From Antechinus flavipes (Eukaryota): a stretch of DNA of 64,000 bases. The notes under the pieces are model-generated. The model made no database searches. It was not told the origin of the DNA and saw nothing but the letters and a program-made list of their open reading frames with translations. The DNA is taken from positions 3,782,001-3,846,000 of the forward strand of contig NC_067398.1 in NCBI RefSeq assembly GCF_016432865.1. The letters run 5' to 3'. Position 1 is the first letter of the stretch, and every line of letters begins with the position of its first letter. Of the stretch, positions 24,868-36,231 are shown in pieces. A program made the translations under genes and the position numbers.

Positions 24868-27360
24868 GGAAAGGGAGAGAGGAGGAGGAGGGAGGGAGAA
24901 AGAAAGAAGAACAAGGGACAGGGGAGAGGAGAAAGAAAAAAGAAGCAAGAAAGAAGAGAGGAAGGAAGAGAAATGGAGAGAGAAGGAAGAGAAAGGGAGA
25001 GAAAAGAAGAAAAGGAGAAGGAGGAGGGAGGGAGGGAGAAAGAAGAAAAAGGGAAAGAGAAGGGGAGAAAGAGAAAGGGGCAAGAAAGTGAAGAAAGGGA
25101 GAGAGAGGAGGAGGGAGAAAGAGAAGGAAGAGAGAGGAGAGAGGGAGGGAGAGAAACAAGGTAAAAAGGGGAGTGAGAAGGGGAGGAGAAAGGGAGTGAG
25201 AAAGACAAGGGTTACAGGGAGAAAGGCAGAGGAGAAGGGAGGGAGAAAGAAGGAGAAAGAGAAGGAAGAAAAAAGAGGAGAAAAAGTAGGAAAAGGGGAA
25301 GAGAGAAGGAGGGACAGAAAGAAGGAGAAAGAGAAGGAAGAAAAAAGGAGGAAAAGGGGAAGAGAGAAGGAGGGACAGAAAGAAGGAGAAAGAGAAAGAA
25401 GAAAAAAGAGGAGAAAAAGGAGGAAAAGGGGAAGAGAGAAGGAGGGACAGAAAGAAGGAGAAAGAGAAGGAAGAAAAAAGAGGAGAAAAAGGAGGAAAAG
25501 GGGAAGAGAGAAGGAGGGACAGAAAGAAGGAGAAAGAGAAGGAAGAAAAAAGGAGAAAAAGGAGGAAAAGGGGAAGAGAGAAGGAGGGACAGAAAGAAGG
25601 AGAAAGAGAAAGAAGAAAAAAGAGGAGAAAAAGGAGGAAAAGGGGAAGAGAGAAGGAGGGACAGAAAGAAGGAGAAAGAGAAAGAAGAAAAAAGAGGAGA
25701 AAAAGGAGGAAAAGGGGAAGAGAGAAGGAGGGACAGAAAGAAGGAGAAAGAGAAGGAAGAAAAAAGAGGAGAAAAAGGAGGAAAAGGGGAAGAGAGAAGG
25801 AGGGACAGAAAGAAGGAGAAAGAGAAGGAAGAAAAAAGGAGAAAAAGGAGGAAAAGGGGAAGAGAGAAGGAGGACAGAAAGAAGGAGAAAGAGAAAGAAG
25901 AAAAAAGAGGAGAAAAAGGAGGAAAAGGGGAAGAGAGAAGGAGGGACAGAAAGAAGGAGAAAGAGAAGGAAGAAAAAAGGAGAAAAAGAGGAAAAGGGGA
26001 AGAGAGAAGGAGGGACAGAAAGAAGGAGAAGAGAAAGAAGAAAAAAGAGGAGAAAAAGGAGGAAAAGGGGAAGAGAGAAGGAGGGACAGAAAGAAGGAGA
26101 AAGAGAAGGAAAAAAAAGAGGAGAAAAAGGAGGAAAAGGGGAAGAAAGAAGGAGGGACAGAAAGAAGGAGAAGAGAAGGAAGAAAAAAGGAGAAAGAAGG
26201 AGAAAGAGAAGAAAAAAGAGGAGAAAAAGGAGGAAAAGGGGAAGAGAGAAGGAGGGACAGAAAGAAGGAGAAAGAGAAGGAAGAAAAAAGGAGAAAAAGG
26301 AGGAAAAGGGGAAGAGAGAAGGAGGGACAGAAAGAAGGAGAAAGAGAAAGAAGAAAAAAGAGGAGAAAAAGGAGGAAAAGGGGAAGAGAGAAGGAGGGAC
26401 AGAAAGAAGGAGAAAGAGAAGGAAGAAAAAAGAGGAGAAAAAGGAGGAAAAGGGGAAGAGAGAAGGAGGGACAGAAAGAAGGAGAAAGAGAAGGAAGAAA
26501 AAAGAGGAGAAAAAGGAGGAAAAGGGGAAGAGAGAAGGAGGGACAGAAAGAAGGAGAAAGAGAAGGAAGAAAAAAGGAGAAAAAGGAGGAAAAGGGGAAG
26601 AGAGAAGGAGGACAGAAAGAAGGAGAAAGAGAAAGAAGAAAAAAGAGGAGAAAAAGGAGGAAAAGGGGAAGAGAGAAGGAGGGACAGAAAGAAGGAGAAA
26701 GAGAAGGAAGAAAAAAGGAGAAAAAGAGGAAAAGGGGAAGAGAGAAGGAGGGACAGAAAGAAGGAAAAGAGGAAGAAAAAAGGAGAAAGAAGGAGAAAGA
26801 AGGAGGACAGAAAGGAGAAAGAGAGAAGGAGGGACAGAAAGAAGGAGAAAGAGAAGGAAAAAAAAGAGGAGAAAAAGGAGGAAAAGGGGAAGAAAGAAGG
26901 AGGGACAGAAAGAAGGAGAAAGAGAAGGAAGAAAAAAGGAGAAAGAAGGAGGGACAGAAAGAAGGAGAAAGAGAAGAAAAAAGAGGAGGAAAAGGGGGAA
27001 AGAGAAGGAAGAGAGAAGGAGGGACAGAAAGGAGAAAGAGAAGGAAGAAAAGGGCAAAGGGGAGGAGAAAGGGAGAGAGAAAAGAAGGAGGGAGGGAAAG
27101 GAGAAAGGAAGGAAGAAAAGGGGAAGAAGAAGTGGAGAGGAGAAAGAAGAAAGAGACAAAGGGAAAGAAAGGAAGAAGGAGGGAGGGAGAAAGAAGGAAA
27201 AGAGGAAGAAAAAAGGAGAGAGGAAGAAGGGAGAGAAAGAAAGAGAAGGAACAAAAGGAGGGAAGAGAAGGAAGAAAGAAAAATAAAGGAAGGGAAGAGG
27301 AGAGCGAGGGAAGGAGAGAAGGAGGAAGAAAGAGCGAGGAGCAGAAGAGCAGGGAGCGGA
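24868..27360. repeat. ~2.5-kb polypurine satellite with a regular 70-72 bp core unit (~25310-26990)
   Basis: AGGGACAGAAAG recurs at 25443, 25515, 25585, 25657, 25729 and 25801; core units have one C and no T. Confidence 0.95.
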
Positions 27361-27836
27361 GAGATGCGAGATGCCGAAGGCTTGAGGGCCCGGCCAGGCC
27401 CCAGAAGCGGAGGCTTGCTTCTGGGCCCAGGGAGGCCTCCTAGCAAGGCTGTGGGCCCTGAGCTTTGCTGCCTGCTGATCGGGCTCCGCCGCTAAGGGCA
27501 CAGCCCCTTGGAAGACTCGGCCCCCCCTCCGGACGAGGGCCAGGCTTGCTGGGAAGTCCTGGGTCCGAGGCTCCGGCTGGGCAGCTCGGGCCAGTCTCTG
27601 ACCGGCTCCCGGAGCCTAGGACCTGGGTCCGGAGGGGAAGGGCCGCCCCCGCCCCCTGACAGCGCCGGGTCCTGGGGTTAAAGCCGGGTGTCTCCTGGGG
27701 CCCCGGGATCCCGGAGGGAACCCTCAGGAAAGGCCGCCTTGGGGCCCCCCCGCCCCCCGAGGGACGCCCTGCCGGGCGCCGTCCCGCGGGTCTGAGCCGC
27801 CTCCGGGCTCACTCCTGTTTCTCTCCTTTTCTCCAG

Positions 27837-27893
27837 CCCATCAGTAACGCCGACTTCATTGTTCCGGTTGAAATCGATGGAACCGTACACCAA
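27837..27893 (+). CDS. CTDSPL: CTDSPL exon 5
   Basis: Acceptor ctctccttttctccag, donor gtaagt, 57 nt. Encodes PISNADFIVPVEIDGTVHQ. Confidence 0.97.
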
Positions 27894-28549
27894 GTAAGTA
27901 CCGGGGCCGGGCGGTGGCGCCAGCGCTTCTCCTGCGGGCCGGGCCGCGGCCCCCTCCCCTTGGGCCTCTCCCTCCCTCCCCGACCCGGCCGTGCTTGGGA
28001 AGAGCTGGAGCCTCCGGGAGGAGCCGAGGGATGGCGGCCCCGGCCCCTCCCTAGCTGGGGGCCTTCCGGGCTACCCCATGAGCCTGGCTTGGGAGAGCAG
28101 CCCGAGAGCCGGCGATGGACGTTCCCCTGCCGGGCCGGGCTTCTCCGTCCTGGCTGCTCTTGGATGGGGCTGAGCGAGGGGGGGCCCCCGATGGTCCGTG
28201 GGAGATACCCCTCTCCCCTCGGTTTCCCTGCTTGTCTTCCCCAATGTCCGGTCGGAGGTCGGCGGACATCTTTCCTTCCGACTGCCCGATTCGCTCTCAG
28301 AGCCTCTGACCGTCGCCCCGCTCCCCGTGAGCCGCGGCTTCCTCGGCCCAGCGGCCCCGTCCGTCCGCTCGGCTCCAGCGCCGAGGCCCCTTGACCTCTT
28401 CCGGCTCGGTCCGAGCCTCAGAACCGAACCGAGTGCGGGAAACGGGACGAGGTTCAGTCGGCGCGAGGGCTGGCTTTGCTTGAGCCTTTCTCTCCGTGAC
28501 CTGCCGCTGACAGGTCTCTGGCCTTTCTAGCTTCGCCGGGACTGGGGGG

Positions 28550-28700
28550 GTTGGTCACTGAGCGGTGCGCACGTCCCGAGTTCAAGTCTGGCCTCAAACA
28601 CGAGCTGGCGTCTCGAGCAGGTCATTCAATCGGTTTGCCTCCAACTGTAAAACGGGCGTGATAGTGCCCAGGGATGTCGTGGGGCCCTTCAGCCCGGCCC
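28550..28700 (+). mobile_element. MIR-family SINE remnant
   Basis: cccgagttcaagtctggcctc…ctgtaaaacgggc resembles the MIR head and core. Confidence 0.5.
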
Positions 28701-30490
28701 GGTTAGCGTCTGAGCTCGGGCAGGGACCCCGCCTCTCCCTGGGCCGGGGGAGTCCAGGCGTGGTCTGTCCGCGGCCCCCGACAGAGAGAAGGCGTCCGGG
28801 GCTGGTCTGGGCCGTGGCCATCCCTCCTCTCGGATCTGTCCCTCCTTGACCTTCTCTAACCCCTTAGGTACGATTTTATATCGGACTTGGCCGGGGCCCT
28901 TTCAGAGGAGCTGGTAGCTCCATTTCACAGACCTAGAAACTGAGGGGGAGAGAGCTGGGTGAGGGGCCGCCCCTTGCAGCCAGAGCGGGGGCCTTTGAGG
29001 CAGGAAACTCGGGGCTAAGTCCCTGGAGGGCCCCGGGCCTGCCTCCGCCCTTCCCCTGACCTTGTTGGGCCCGGCTGCCCAGCCAGCGGTTAAGCAGAGG
29101 GCGGGAAGGAGGCCCTCCCTTCTGGGAGCGTGACCCGGGTGACGTGCGTGGGCCTGGAGTGCCAAGGACGGTGGGCACGGGGCCACGGGGGCCTCCCTTA
29201 ACGGAGGTGGCCGCTCCCTGCCTCGGGCCTGTCCACAGGTGGAGGGTTAGAGCAGCGTCTGGGCCCGGAGGCCCCTGCAGCGGGCGGCCTTGTGGGGGGA
29301 AAGCGGGAGCCTCGGCTAGAGCAGCGTCTGGGCCCCCCCGCCCTGGAATCGCTGGCCCCCCAAACAAAAGCAGCTCTCCCACCCTTAGTTGGGCTTTATT
29401 CCTCAAGTAGAACTTGGAGGGATTTGAGTGACGGCAGAGGGAACAAAACATGGCTGACTTTTCTCTTTGAATTCAAGGCCGACTTTTTGGAACGGACTTT
29501 TGTAGGGCAGACCCCCGGGGAGGGCGATTCTCAGTTCCCGGGGACTCGATCTCAAAGCTGCCAATGGGGCGTCAAAGCACAGTGGCCCCCAGGAGTTGCC
29601 GCGGCCTGGCTACCCATCATGCACCGCAGAGCCGGGGCCAAATGCAGACATCACGGGGGGGTTTGGGGGCCCTGCCGCGGACCCCGGGGAGAGCCTCCGG
29701 GTCCTTTCGCCGCCACCGCCCCATGAGTCTGTGATGGGTTAGAATCGGGGGCCATGGGGAGGAGGGAAACCTCCTGCGTCTGAGACGATCCCCCTGCCTC
29801 GGCCTGAAGCCGCAGAAGGAGGCCGGGCCGCCTCGTGGGCTGGACGGGGAGCGCTCTCTGCAGGCTGTGGGGTGACCTCCGGACGGGGGTGCTCTGGGGG
29901 GGCCCGGCTCGGAGCCGGAGGGCACTCGGTTTACTTCCAAGGACCACGTTCTCTCCAGCGCTTAACCCAGGGACGGGTCCAGGTGTGGACATTCGTGGCA
30001 GCGGCAAATATGGTCTCGTTCTTGTTTATAACACGCGCCACCCACTGGTCCTTCAGGCCACTCGAAGTGCCCGGCTACGGAAAAGGTCACGGGGCACGTT
30101 GGCTGTGGGAGAACGGTTGTCTGTTCCCCACAATTCAGCAAGAGTACGGGGAGCTGGACTTAGGCTAAGTGGCGGCTGCCCCACGCCCTCTCCCTCTGTG
30201 ACCTCTGTGTGGGCTCAGCCAAGGAAAGCCAGGCTGTTTCCAATCTTGTCATCACTACAAGAGGTGGTGCTTTAAAGTGTAGAAAACCTTCTGGGGAGAG
30301 ACCCATGACCACGTTTGCTGGGAGAGGGGCCCGCGCGCTGGCCCCCGCTCCCCCTCCCCCCCCGGGCGCTGACCAGAGCCGGGACGCAGCGCGGGCCCGG
30401 GGCAGCTGTGGCGAGCGTCACGGAAGGCCGAGTCTACCACGAGCTAAGCCACGTCGTCGATAAGGCCACGGGAGCCGTCCTCCTGGAAAA

Positions 30491-30575
30491 GGCTGTGACC
30501 TGGTTCAAGTAATCCAGGATAGGCTGGGCCCATTCTCATTGGCCTATTCTTGGTTACTTGCACTCGGGCACAGCC
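30491..30575 (+). ncRNA. MIR26A1: mir-26a precursor (miR-26a-1 orthologue); 5p 30504-30525, 3p ~30543-30564
   Basis: Exact mature miR-26a-5p TTCAAGTAATCCAGGATAGGCT; 3p arm CCTATTCTTGGTTACTTGCAC; basal stem GGCTGTG/CACAGCC. Lies in CTDSPL intron 5, the known host position. Confidence 0.98.
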
Positions 30576-30845
30576 ACGCTAAGCGGCACCAGCGGCGGGA
30601 GGCCCGGAACGCCGGTGGACACCCCAGAGGACGGCCGGCCGACGCGGAGGAGCAGGAGCCGGCCCTCGGCCAGTGGCCCGGCCTGCACAGGCGAGCCACG
30701 CTGCGGAGGCGGGATAGTGAAACGGTGTCACGTGAAAGGTCTTCCCTGCAGGCCACGGACAAGGGCCACACCGCCCACATCCCTGCAAAAGTTCAAAAGT
30801 TCCGGCCTGCTCTGCCTGCAAATGGGTGTGAGCACAAAGGGGAGC

Positions 30846-31353
30846 TGGGCCCAGGCCGGTGAACATGCAGGGGAGCCGGCCCAGGCCGGTGTGAACATGC
30901 AGGGGAACCAGGCCCAGGCCGGTGTGAGTGGTTAAACCAGGCCCAGGCCGGTGTGAACATGCAGGGGAACCCGGGCCCAGGCCGGTGTGAGTGGTTAAAC
31001 CAGGCCCAGGCCGGTGTGAACATGCAGGGGAACCCGGGCCCAGGCCGGTGTGAACATGCAGGGGAACCAGGCCCAGGCCGGTGTGAACATGCAGGGGAAC
31101 CAGGCCCAGGCCCAGGCCGGTGTGAACATGCAGGGGAACTGGGCCCAGGCCGGTGTGAACATGCAGGGGAACCAGGCCCAGGCCGGTGTGAACATGCAGG
31201 GGAGGCCGGGCCCAGGCCGGTGTGAGTGGGGAGACCAGGCCCAGGCCGGTGTGAGTGGTTAAATCAGGCCCAGGCCGGTGTGAACATGCAGGGGAGACCA
31301 GGCCCAGGCCGGTGTGAACATGCAGGGGAGGCCAGGCCTAGGCCGGCGTGAGT
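30846..31353. repeat. Compound VNTR: 33-bp unit AGGCCGGTGTGAACATGCAGGGGAACCAGGCCC (~11 copies) interspersed with a ~29-bp GTGAGTGG variant
   Basis: Units read directly. Confidence 0.95.
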
Positions 31354-32616
31354 GTCTGAGGGAGCCAGAGGCCGGGCCCAAAGCTGACTTGCTCAGAGAG
31401 AGGAGATGAGGTTTTCCTGGCCCCCGTGTCTGGCTGGGCTCTGGCACCTGAGCAGGCCTCAGAGCCCACTGGGCCGGGGGCCTCGAATGCCACTTTGAAA
31501 AAGACTAGAATTCCATTTCTAATTGCTGCAAATTCTGGCTTTTGGGGAGTTTGGGTTTTTTGCTTTGGGGGTTTTCCCCTTTGGCCGGGGGTCCCCTCTT
31601 AGCTGAGTTCATCCAGGTCCACACCTTCTTAGCCTTCATGGCTCGGTCCGAGAGGGAGCGGACCCCTTCCCACAGATGGGAAGCATCCCCATGGCCCTAC
31701 CCAGCTCTGAAAGGATTTCTGAGCACTGGCGCCCAGGGGAACTGGGCAGGAGGCCCACGTCCATTTCACAGACAGATGTAGGGCAGCGATACTAGGGGAG
31801 GGGGAGGTGCGGGGTGCAGCCCGGGGTCTCCCATGGATAGAGTCTCTGCTTGGGCGCCAAAGGCCTAGGATTTCCATCCTGGTTCTTCTACTTTGTTGCT
31901 ATGCGGTCTTGGCCAATGAGCTTGTGCAGCTCCTGATTCAGCAGCACTAAAATTACTCCATTTTCAAATGCTTCCGCTTCCTCCACCGGTGCCCATTGCG
32001 ACCCATCCTGCCGCCCGTCCCGTGGTTCTGTTGTCCACTGTACCCTCCGCGAGTCCCCTGGCACCCAAATGTGAAATGGAAACAAGCTTGGGGCCTCCTG
32101 GGCCCGGCTCTTGGCGCTGTCGGTTCCGCTGCCCGAGGTGTGTGTTTGGCCGGGCCGGGGTGGAGGCGAGAACGAGGCGGCTTCCTCTAAGGAGCCGGAG
32201 CGGGGAGGAAGCCGAGCGCTCCCTTTCTCTGGCTGCCGCTCGTCCAGCTCGGACCCCAGCCCCGCTGTCTTTGCGGCCCCTCTTCCGTGACCTCCCCCTC
32301 AGAATGGAAGCTCTTGTGAGCAGGGATCATGCATTTGGAGCCCCTGCTCCTGGCACAGCGCCTGGCACAGCGGGCACGGGGAGCCAGGACTGGCACCTGC
32401 AGCACAGAGCCACGGTCAGGGCCCGCCCTTTCGCCAGAGTAGCAAAGATAGCCCCAGGCATGAGCCGGGAGGGGAGCAGTGGGGGAGGGGGCTTGCCAGA
32501 CTTCCCCCAGCCACATCATTCCCCATTGGCTCTCTCTGAGGGAGCGGCCCAGGCCGGCCCTGCCCCCTGCTCAGCCTCTCCCGTCCTGGTCACTAAATGG
32601 CCCCATCTTTTCCCAG

Positions 32617-32709
32617 GTCTACGTTCTGAAACGACCACACGTGGATGAATTTCTTCAGAGAATGGGACAGCTTTTTGAGTGTGTGCTTTTCACGGCCAGC
32701 CTGGCGAAG
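32617..32709 (+). CDS. CTDSPL: CTDSPL exon 6
   Basis: Acceptor catcttttcccag, donor gtttgt, 93 nt. Encodes [31 protein letters not shown]. Confidence 0.97.
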
Positions 32710-34759
32710 GTTTGTCCTGAGGGCAGGGGGTGGGGCTGGATTCTGGAGGAAGGGCTCTGCCCCTCTCCTGGGGGGGCCTCTTAATCCTTCCCCCTCCATC
32801 TCCCTCCCTCCTTTCTCCTCCCCCTCCCTCTCTCCTTTCTCCCTGGCTTCCTCCCTCCCTCTGTGTCTGACAGGGGTGTGTTCCGGCAGCGTGTGCCTTG
32901 GGGGTTTCCATGGGGACTGGATCCCTGCCCACCCGGGCTGGGCTTACAATGGGGCCTCTGTTGGTGCTGGGGGCCTTGGGACACAGGCTGAGCGGCGCGC
33001 CCTGGGATTAGTGCCGTGCTGCCGTGGCAGGGACTCCCGGCGGAGCTGCAGGGGCCGCCCCGGGGGGCGAGTGTCCAGGGGCTGGGCCTGCTTCCGCACC
33101 ATAGTGCCCGCTGAGGGCTCATTAGTGACCGGGGGGTCGCTCCCACAGAGAAGCAGCCCGAAGAGGTTAAGGGCGGCCTTGGGAGCTCTGCAGGGCAGGG
33201 CCTTGCCACGGGGCGGGGAAGCCAGCGCTACCCACGCAGGGGCCCCCATTGTCACTCTGCCTGCAAGGACCCAGGATGCCCCAAGAAGAGAGCTGGGCCC
33301 TCCCTCCCCCCTCTTCTTAGACCCAGCTCTCCAATCAGCATTTATTCGGGGCTCCACTTCCCACGGCTCTGCTGGGCCCTGCGGGACAGAGACCCGAGAG
33401 AGAAACGGGCCCGCCCGGGGGCCTCTGCACACAGACACGGCAGCCCGAGCTCCAGCCTCAAAGGGGCGAGCGCTTTTCTGGATGAGTGGGGGCCCCCCGG
33501 GGGGCGTCCTCCGCGCTGGGCCCAGCAGAAATCGGGGAGGGAAGCCTTGGGGTGCCGCCCAGTCCGTGGCCTCCCCCACGTAGGGGTCCCTGCCGAGGAC
33601 GCCCCCAGAGCGCCTGCCGGCTGAGTTCGTCCCCTTGGCTGTGGGCAGCCCGCCGTGGCCCGCCGCCCCGGAGGGAAGAGCCTGAAATCCTTTGCCTTGT
33701 TTGGGCCGCTCTCGCCGGCCGCCCGCCCACAGCTGCTTCTGGCGGCCTCCCCGCCTCCGGCCCAGCTGCCGGGGGTGTCAGGGACCAGCTGGCCGGGCAG
33801 CGTCACAGACGTGGGCAGACCCACGGGCCCGAGGGAGGGGAGGTCGGTGCGGGCCTGGGCCCCGCGAGGGGACGCTCCGGACTTGGGCAGGTCGGGTTTT
33901 CCTCCAGACTTTTTCCTTCTTGCCCAGAGGCCCATGGACTCGGTGATTAGAAGCATCATTTTGCGACCCCCCCCCTTCAGTTCTGAGGGGCCCCCGTGTG
34001 GGGCCACAGCCAGAGAAGCTGGGCTCTCGGCGCTGAAGGCCCCGGCCGTTCCAGCACGTACCTCCCCCTCCCCAGCCAGGCCTGGCGAGCCATCCCTCCC
34101 TCCTGTGGGGGCTCAGGGGCCGGCCGCTCCCGCCAGCCTCCAGCCTCCCCACCCACTCCGTTCCTCCTGACGTGCCTGTGGTCACTTGTCCGGGCTCTGC
34201 GGCCCTCAGAGGCCCAGGATCAGGCCCCCGAGCTGCAGGAGGGGCTCGTGCTGTCCCGGCCTTTGCTCTGCCCTGAACTGAAGGCTCGGCAGCGTCCCTT
34301 AGGGACTGGCAGGAACTGCCCCCTGAGCGAGCCCCCCCAGGGGCCCCACTCGGGCCTCTCTCAGGCAGAAGCCCGGTCCCTGCTCCCCTCCCACCCCCAC
34401 ACTCCCGAGGTGACGTTTGCTGGGGGCTAGAGGCCAGAAGGGAGACCTTGTGGGGTTCTCGGGCCACCTGGGGACAAAGAAGCAGCACCTGGGCCTTCTG
34501 CTGGTCTGTGCAATGGGACAGAAATGAGGTGAAGCCTTGGGAAAGTGCACCCTGCCCCCTTGGCCCCCCAGTGGCCCTCGAGGAGTCTGGGAAATGGGAA
34601 TTCTCCCTGAGGTGAATGAGACGCAGACAGAGACGGACGTTTCGGTGCCCTCCTGGTCCGGGCCTAGGGCTGCACTCCCTTCCCTTCCAGCTGCGGGCCC
34701 CAGGCCGGGCTCGGACCCCCGGACCGCCCGCCCCTCCAACCCCTCTTTTGTTTCTACAG

Positions 34760-34945
34760 TACGCAGACCCCGTGGCAGACCTGCTGGACCGCTGGGGCGT
34801 GTTCCGGGCCCGGCTCTTCCGAGAGTCCTGTGTTTTCCACCGAGGAAACTACGTGAAGGACCTGAGCCAGCTGGGCCGGGAGCTGAGCAAAGTGATCATC
34901 ATCGACAACTCTCCGGCCTCCTACATCTTCCACCCAGAGAACGCG
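34760..34945 (+). CDS. CTDSPL: CTDSPL exon 7
   Basis: Acceptor ttttgtttctacag, donor gtaagt, 186 nt. Encodes [62 protein letters not shown]. Confidence 0.97.
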
Positions 34946-36105
34946 GTAAGTGCTTCCGCGCCAGGGCCTGCATGGAGCGAGGGGCGCTCTAGCGGCCTCC
35001 CTCCCTCCCCAGCTCCCCTCCCAGACCGGCAGGGGCTCCTCGGGCTGGGCCCGGCCCCACCTTCTGCATATAAAGGAGGGGCTGCACCGTGGTCAGGGAG
35101 GTTCGGCACCGGGTCTCACGGGCCCCGGGAGCGCGCCCCCGGGAAGTGCGAAGCTGGGCGTCGGACCCAAGTGGCCTTGCTCCCTGGTTGGAGGGCCTGA
35201 AGCTGGGGTCGGGGGGCTGCGGGGAAGAGGGAGTCAGTAACCGAGAGCTCAGCCCCCTCTGCTCCCCTTTTTATGACGGTCTGGGGAGTCCCTGGGAGGC
35301 CTCAGGAACAGGAAGTGTTCTGGATGAAGGGACGCTCCCTCCCCCACCTGGGGCTGGGTGCGGCCGTCTCCCCGCGTGCCCAGCGACGCCCTGACACACA
35401 CGAGGGGGCCCGCCTCCCACTCGGCAGGGTCTGGGACCGAGCCGGCCGCTAGGAGACCGTGCGCTGGGGAGCGCCCGGCTCTTCCAGGCCACGTCCCCTG
35501 AGCGTCCAGAGGGGGCACTTCGGTCTGGGCGCCGTGCAGCCCAGGGCAGCAGGGCCATCGTCCCGCCCTCCCGCGCCCCTCGCCTTTGGCAGGAGATGGG
35601 CCTGGGGGCCCGGGATCCCGGCCTGGGGGAGCCTGAGCAGAGACTGCGTCCCTTCACTCTTCCCATTTTTGCCACTCGATTCCTGATGTTAGGAGGGCCC
35701 TCCCCAAATAAAATGTCCTTTGGGAAGAGACAGGTGGAGAGGTGAAAGCCTTCTGGGTGATGGGCTCCCCCTTACCACGGGGGCGAGCAGGTTCCCCCAA
35801 GAGGAAGGAGTGGGGGGGCTGGGCAAGGGGAGGCCCAGAGTGCCCAAGAGGGCTTCCTGATTCCAGTCTGTCACCGTGTCCACGTTTCCAGGAAGCCGCT
35901 CCAAGGCCACGGCGTGGGGAGAGTCGCTGGGTTGCCGGGCTCAGGTCCCCTCCCCATCACAACAGAAAAGACCAGAGTTTGTCAGCAAAGCGCATAAATG
36001 AAGGGGGTCAAGCCTGCTCCTCAGGGGTCCCCTTAGAGGCGAGCGAGCCGGCGGCCTCCCCGGGCCCGGGCGTTCGCTGACAGGCCGTCGCGTGCTCTGT
36101 TCCAG

Positions 36106-36231
36106 GTTCCCGTGCAGTCTTGGTTTGACGACATGAACGACACCGAGCTGCTGGATCTGATCCCCTTCTTCGAAGGGCTGAGCCGAGAGGAGGACGTCTA
36201 CGGTATGCTGCAGAAATTCGGCCCCAGGTAG
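36106..36231 (+). CDS. CTDSPL: CTDSPL exon 8 coding part (stop TAG 36229-36231)
   Basis: Acceptor gtgctctgttccag. Encodes [41 protein letters not shown]. Exons 2-8 total 752 nt; adding the missing 79-nt exon 1 gives 831 nt = 276 aa, the recalled human length. Confidence 0.97.
   Translation, partial: VPVQSWFDDMNDTELLDLIPFFEGLSREEDVYGMLQKFGPR

Noticed and set aside
24772-27501. ORFs of 909, 806 and 744 aa (K/E/R-rich or F/L/S-rich)
   Set aside because: They translate the purine satellite, which cannot make stop codons on either strand, and they lie within CTDSPL intron 4.
30861-31325. GAACATGCAG as p53 half-sites in the VNTR
   Set aside because: Only 8/10 match to RRRCWWGYYY, and spaced ~33 bp apart rather than the 0-13 bp needed for a response element.
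30846-31353. CRISPR-like look of the repeat arrays (here and at 12049, 13727, 56032)
   Set aside because: Units are head-to-tail with no unique spacers, there are no cas genes, and the context is a vertebrate intron.
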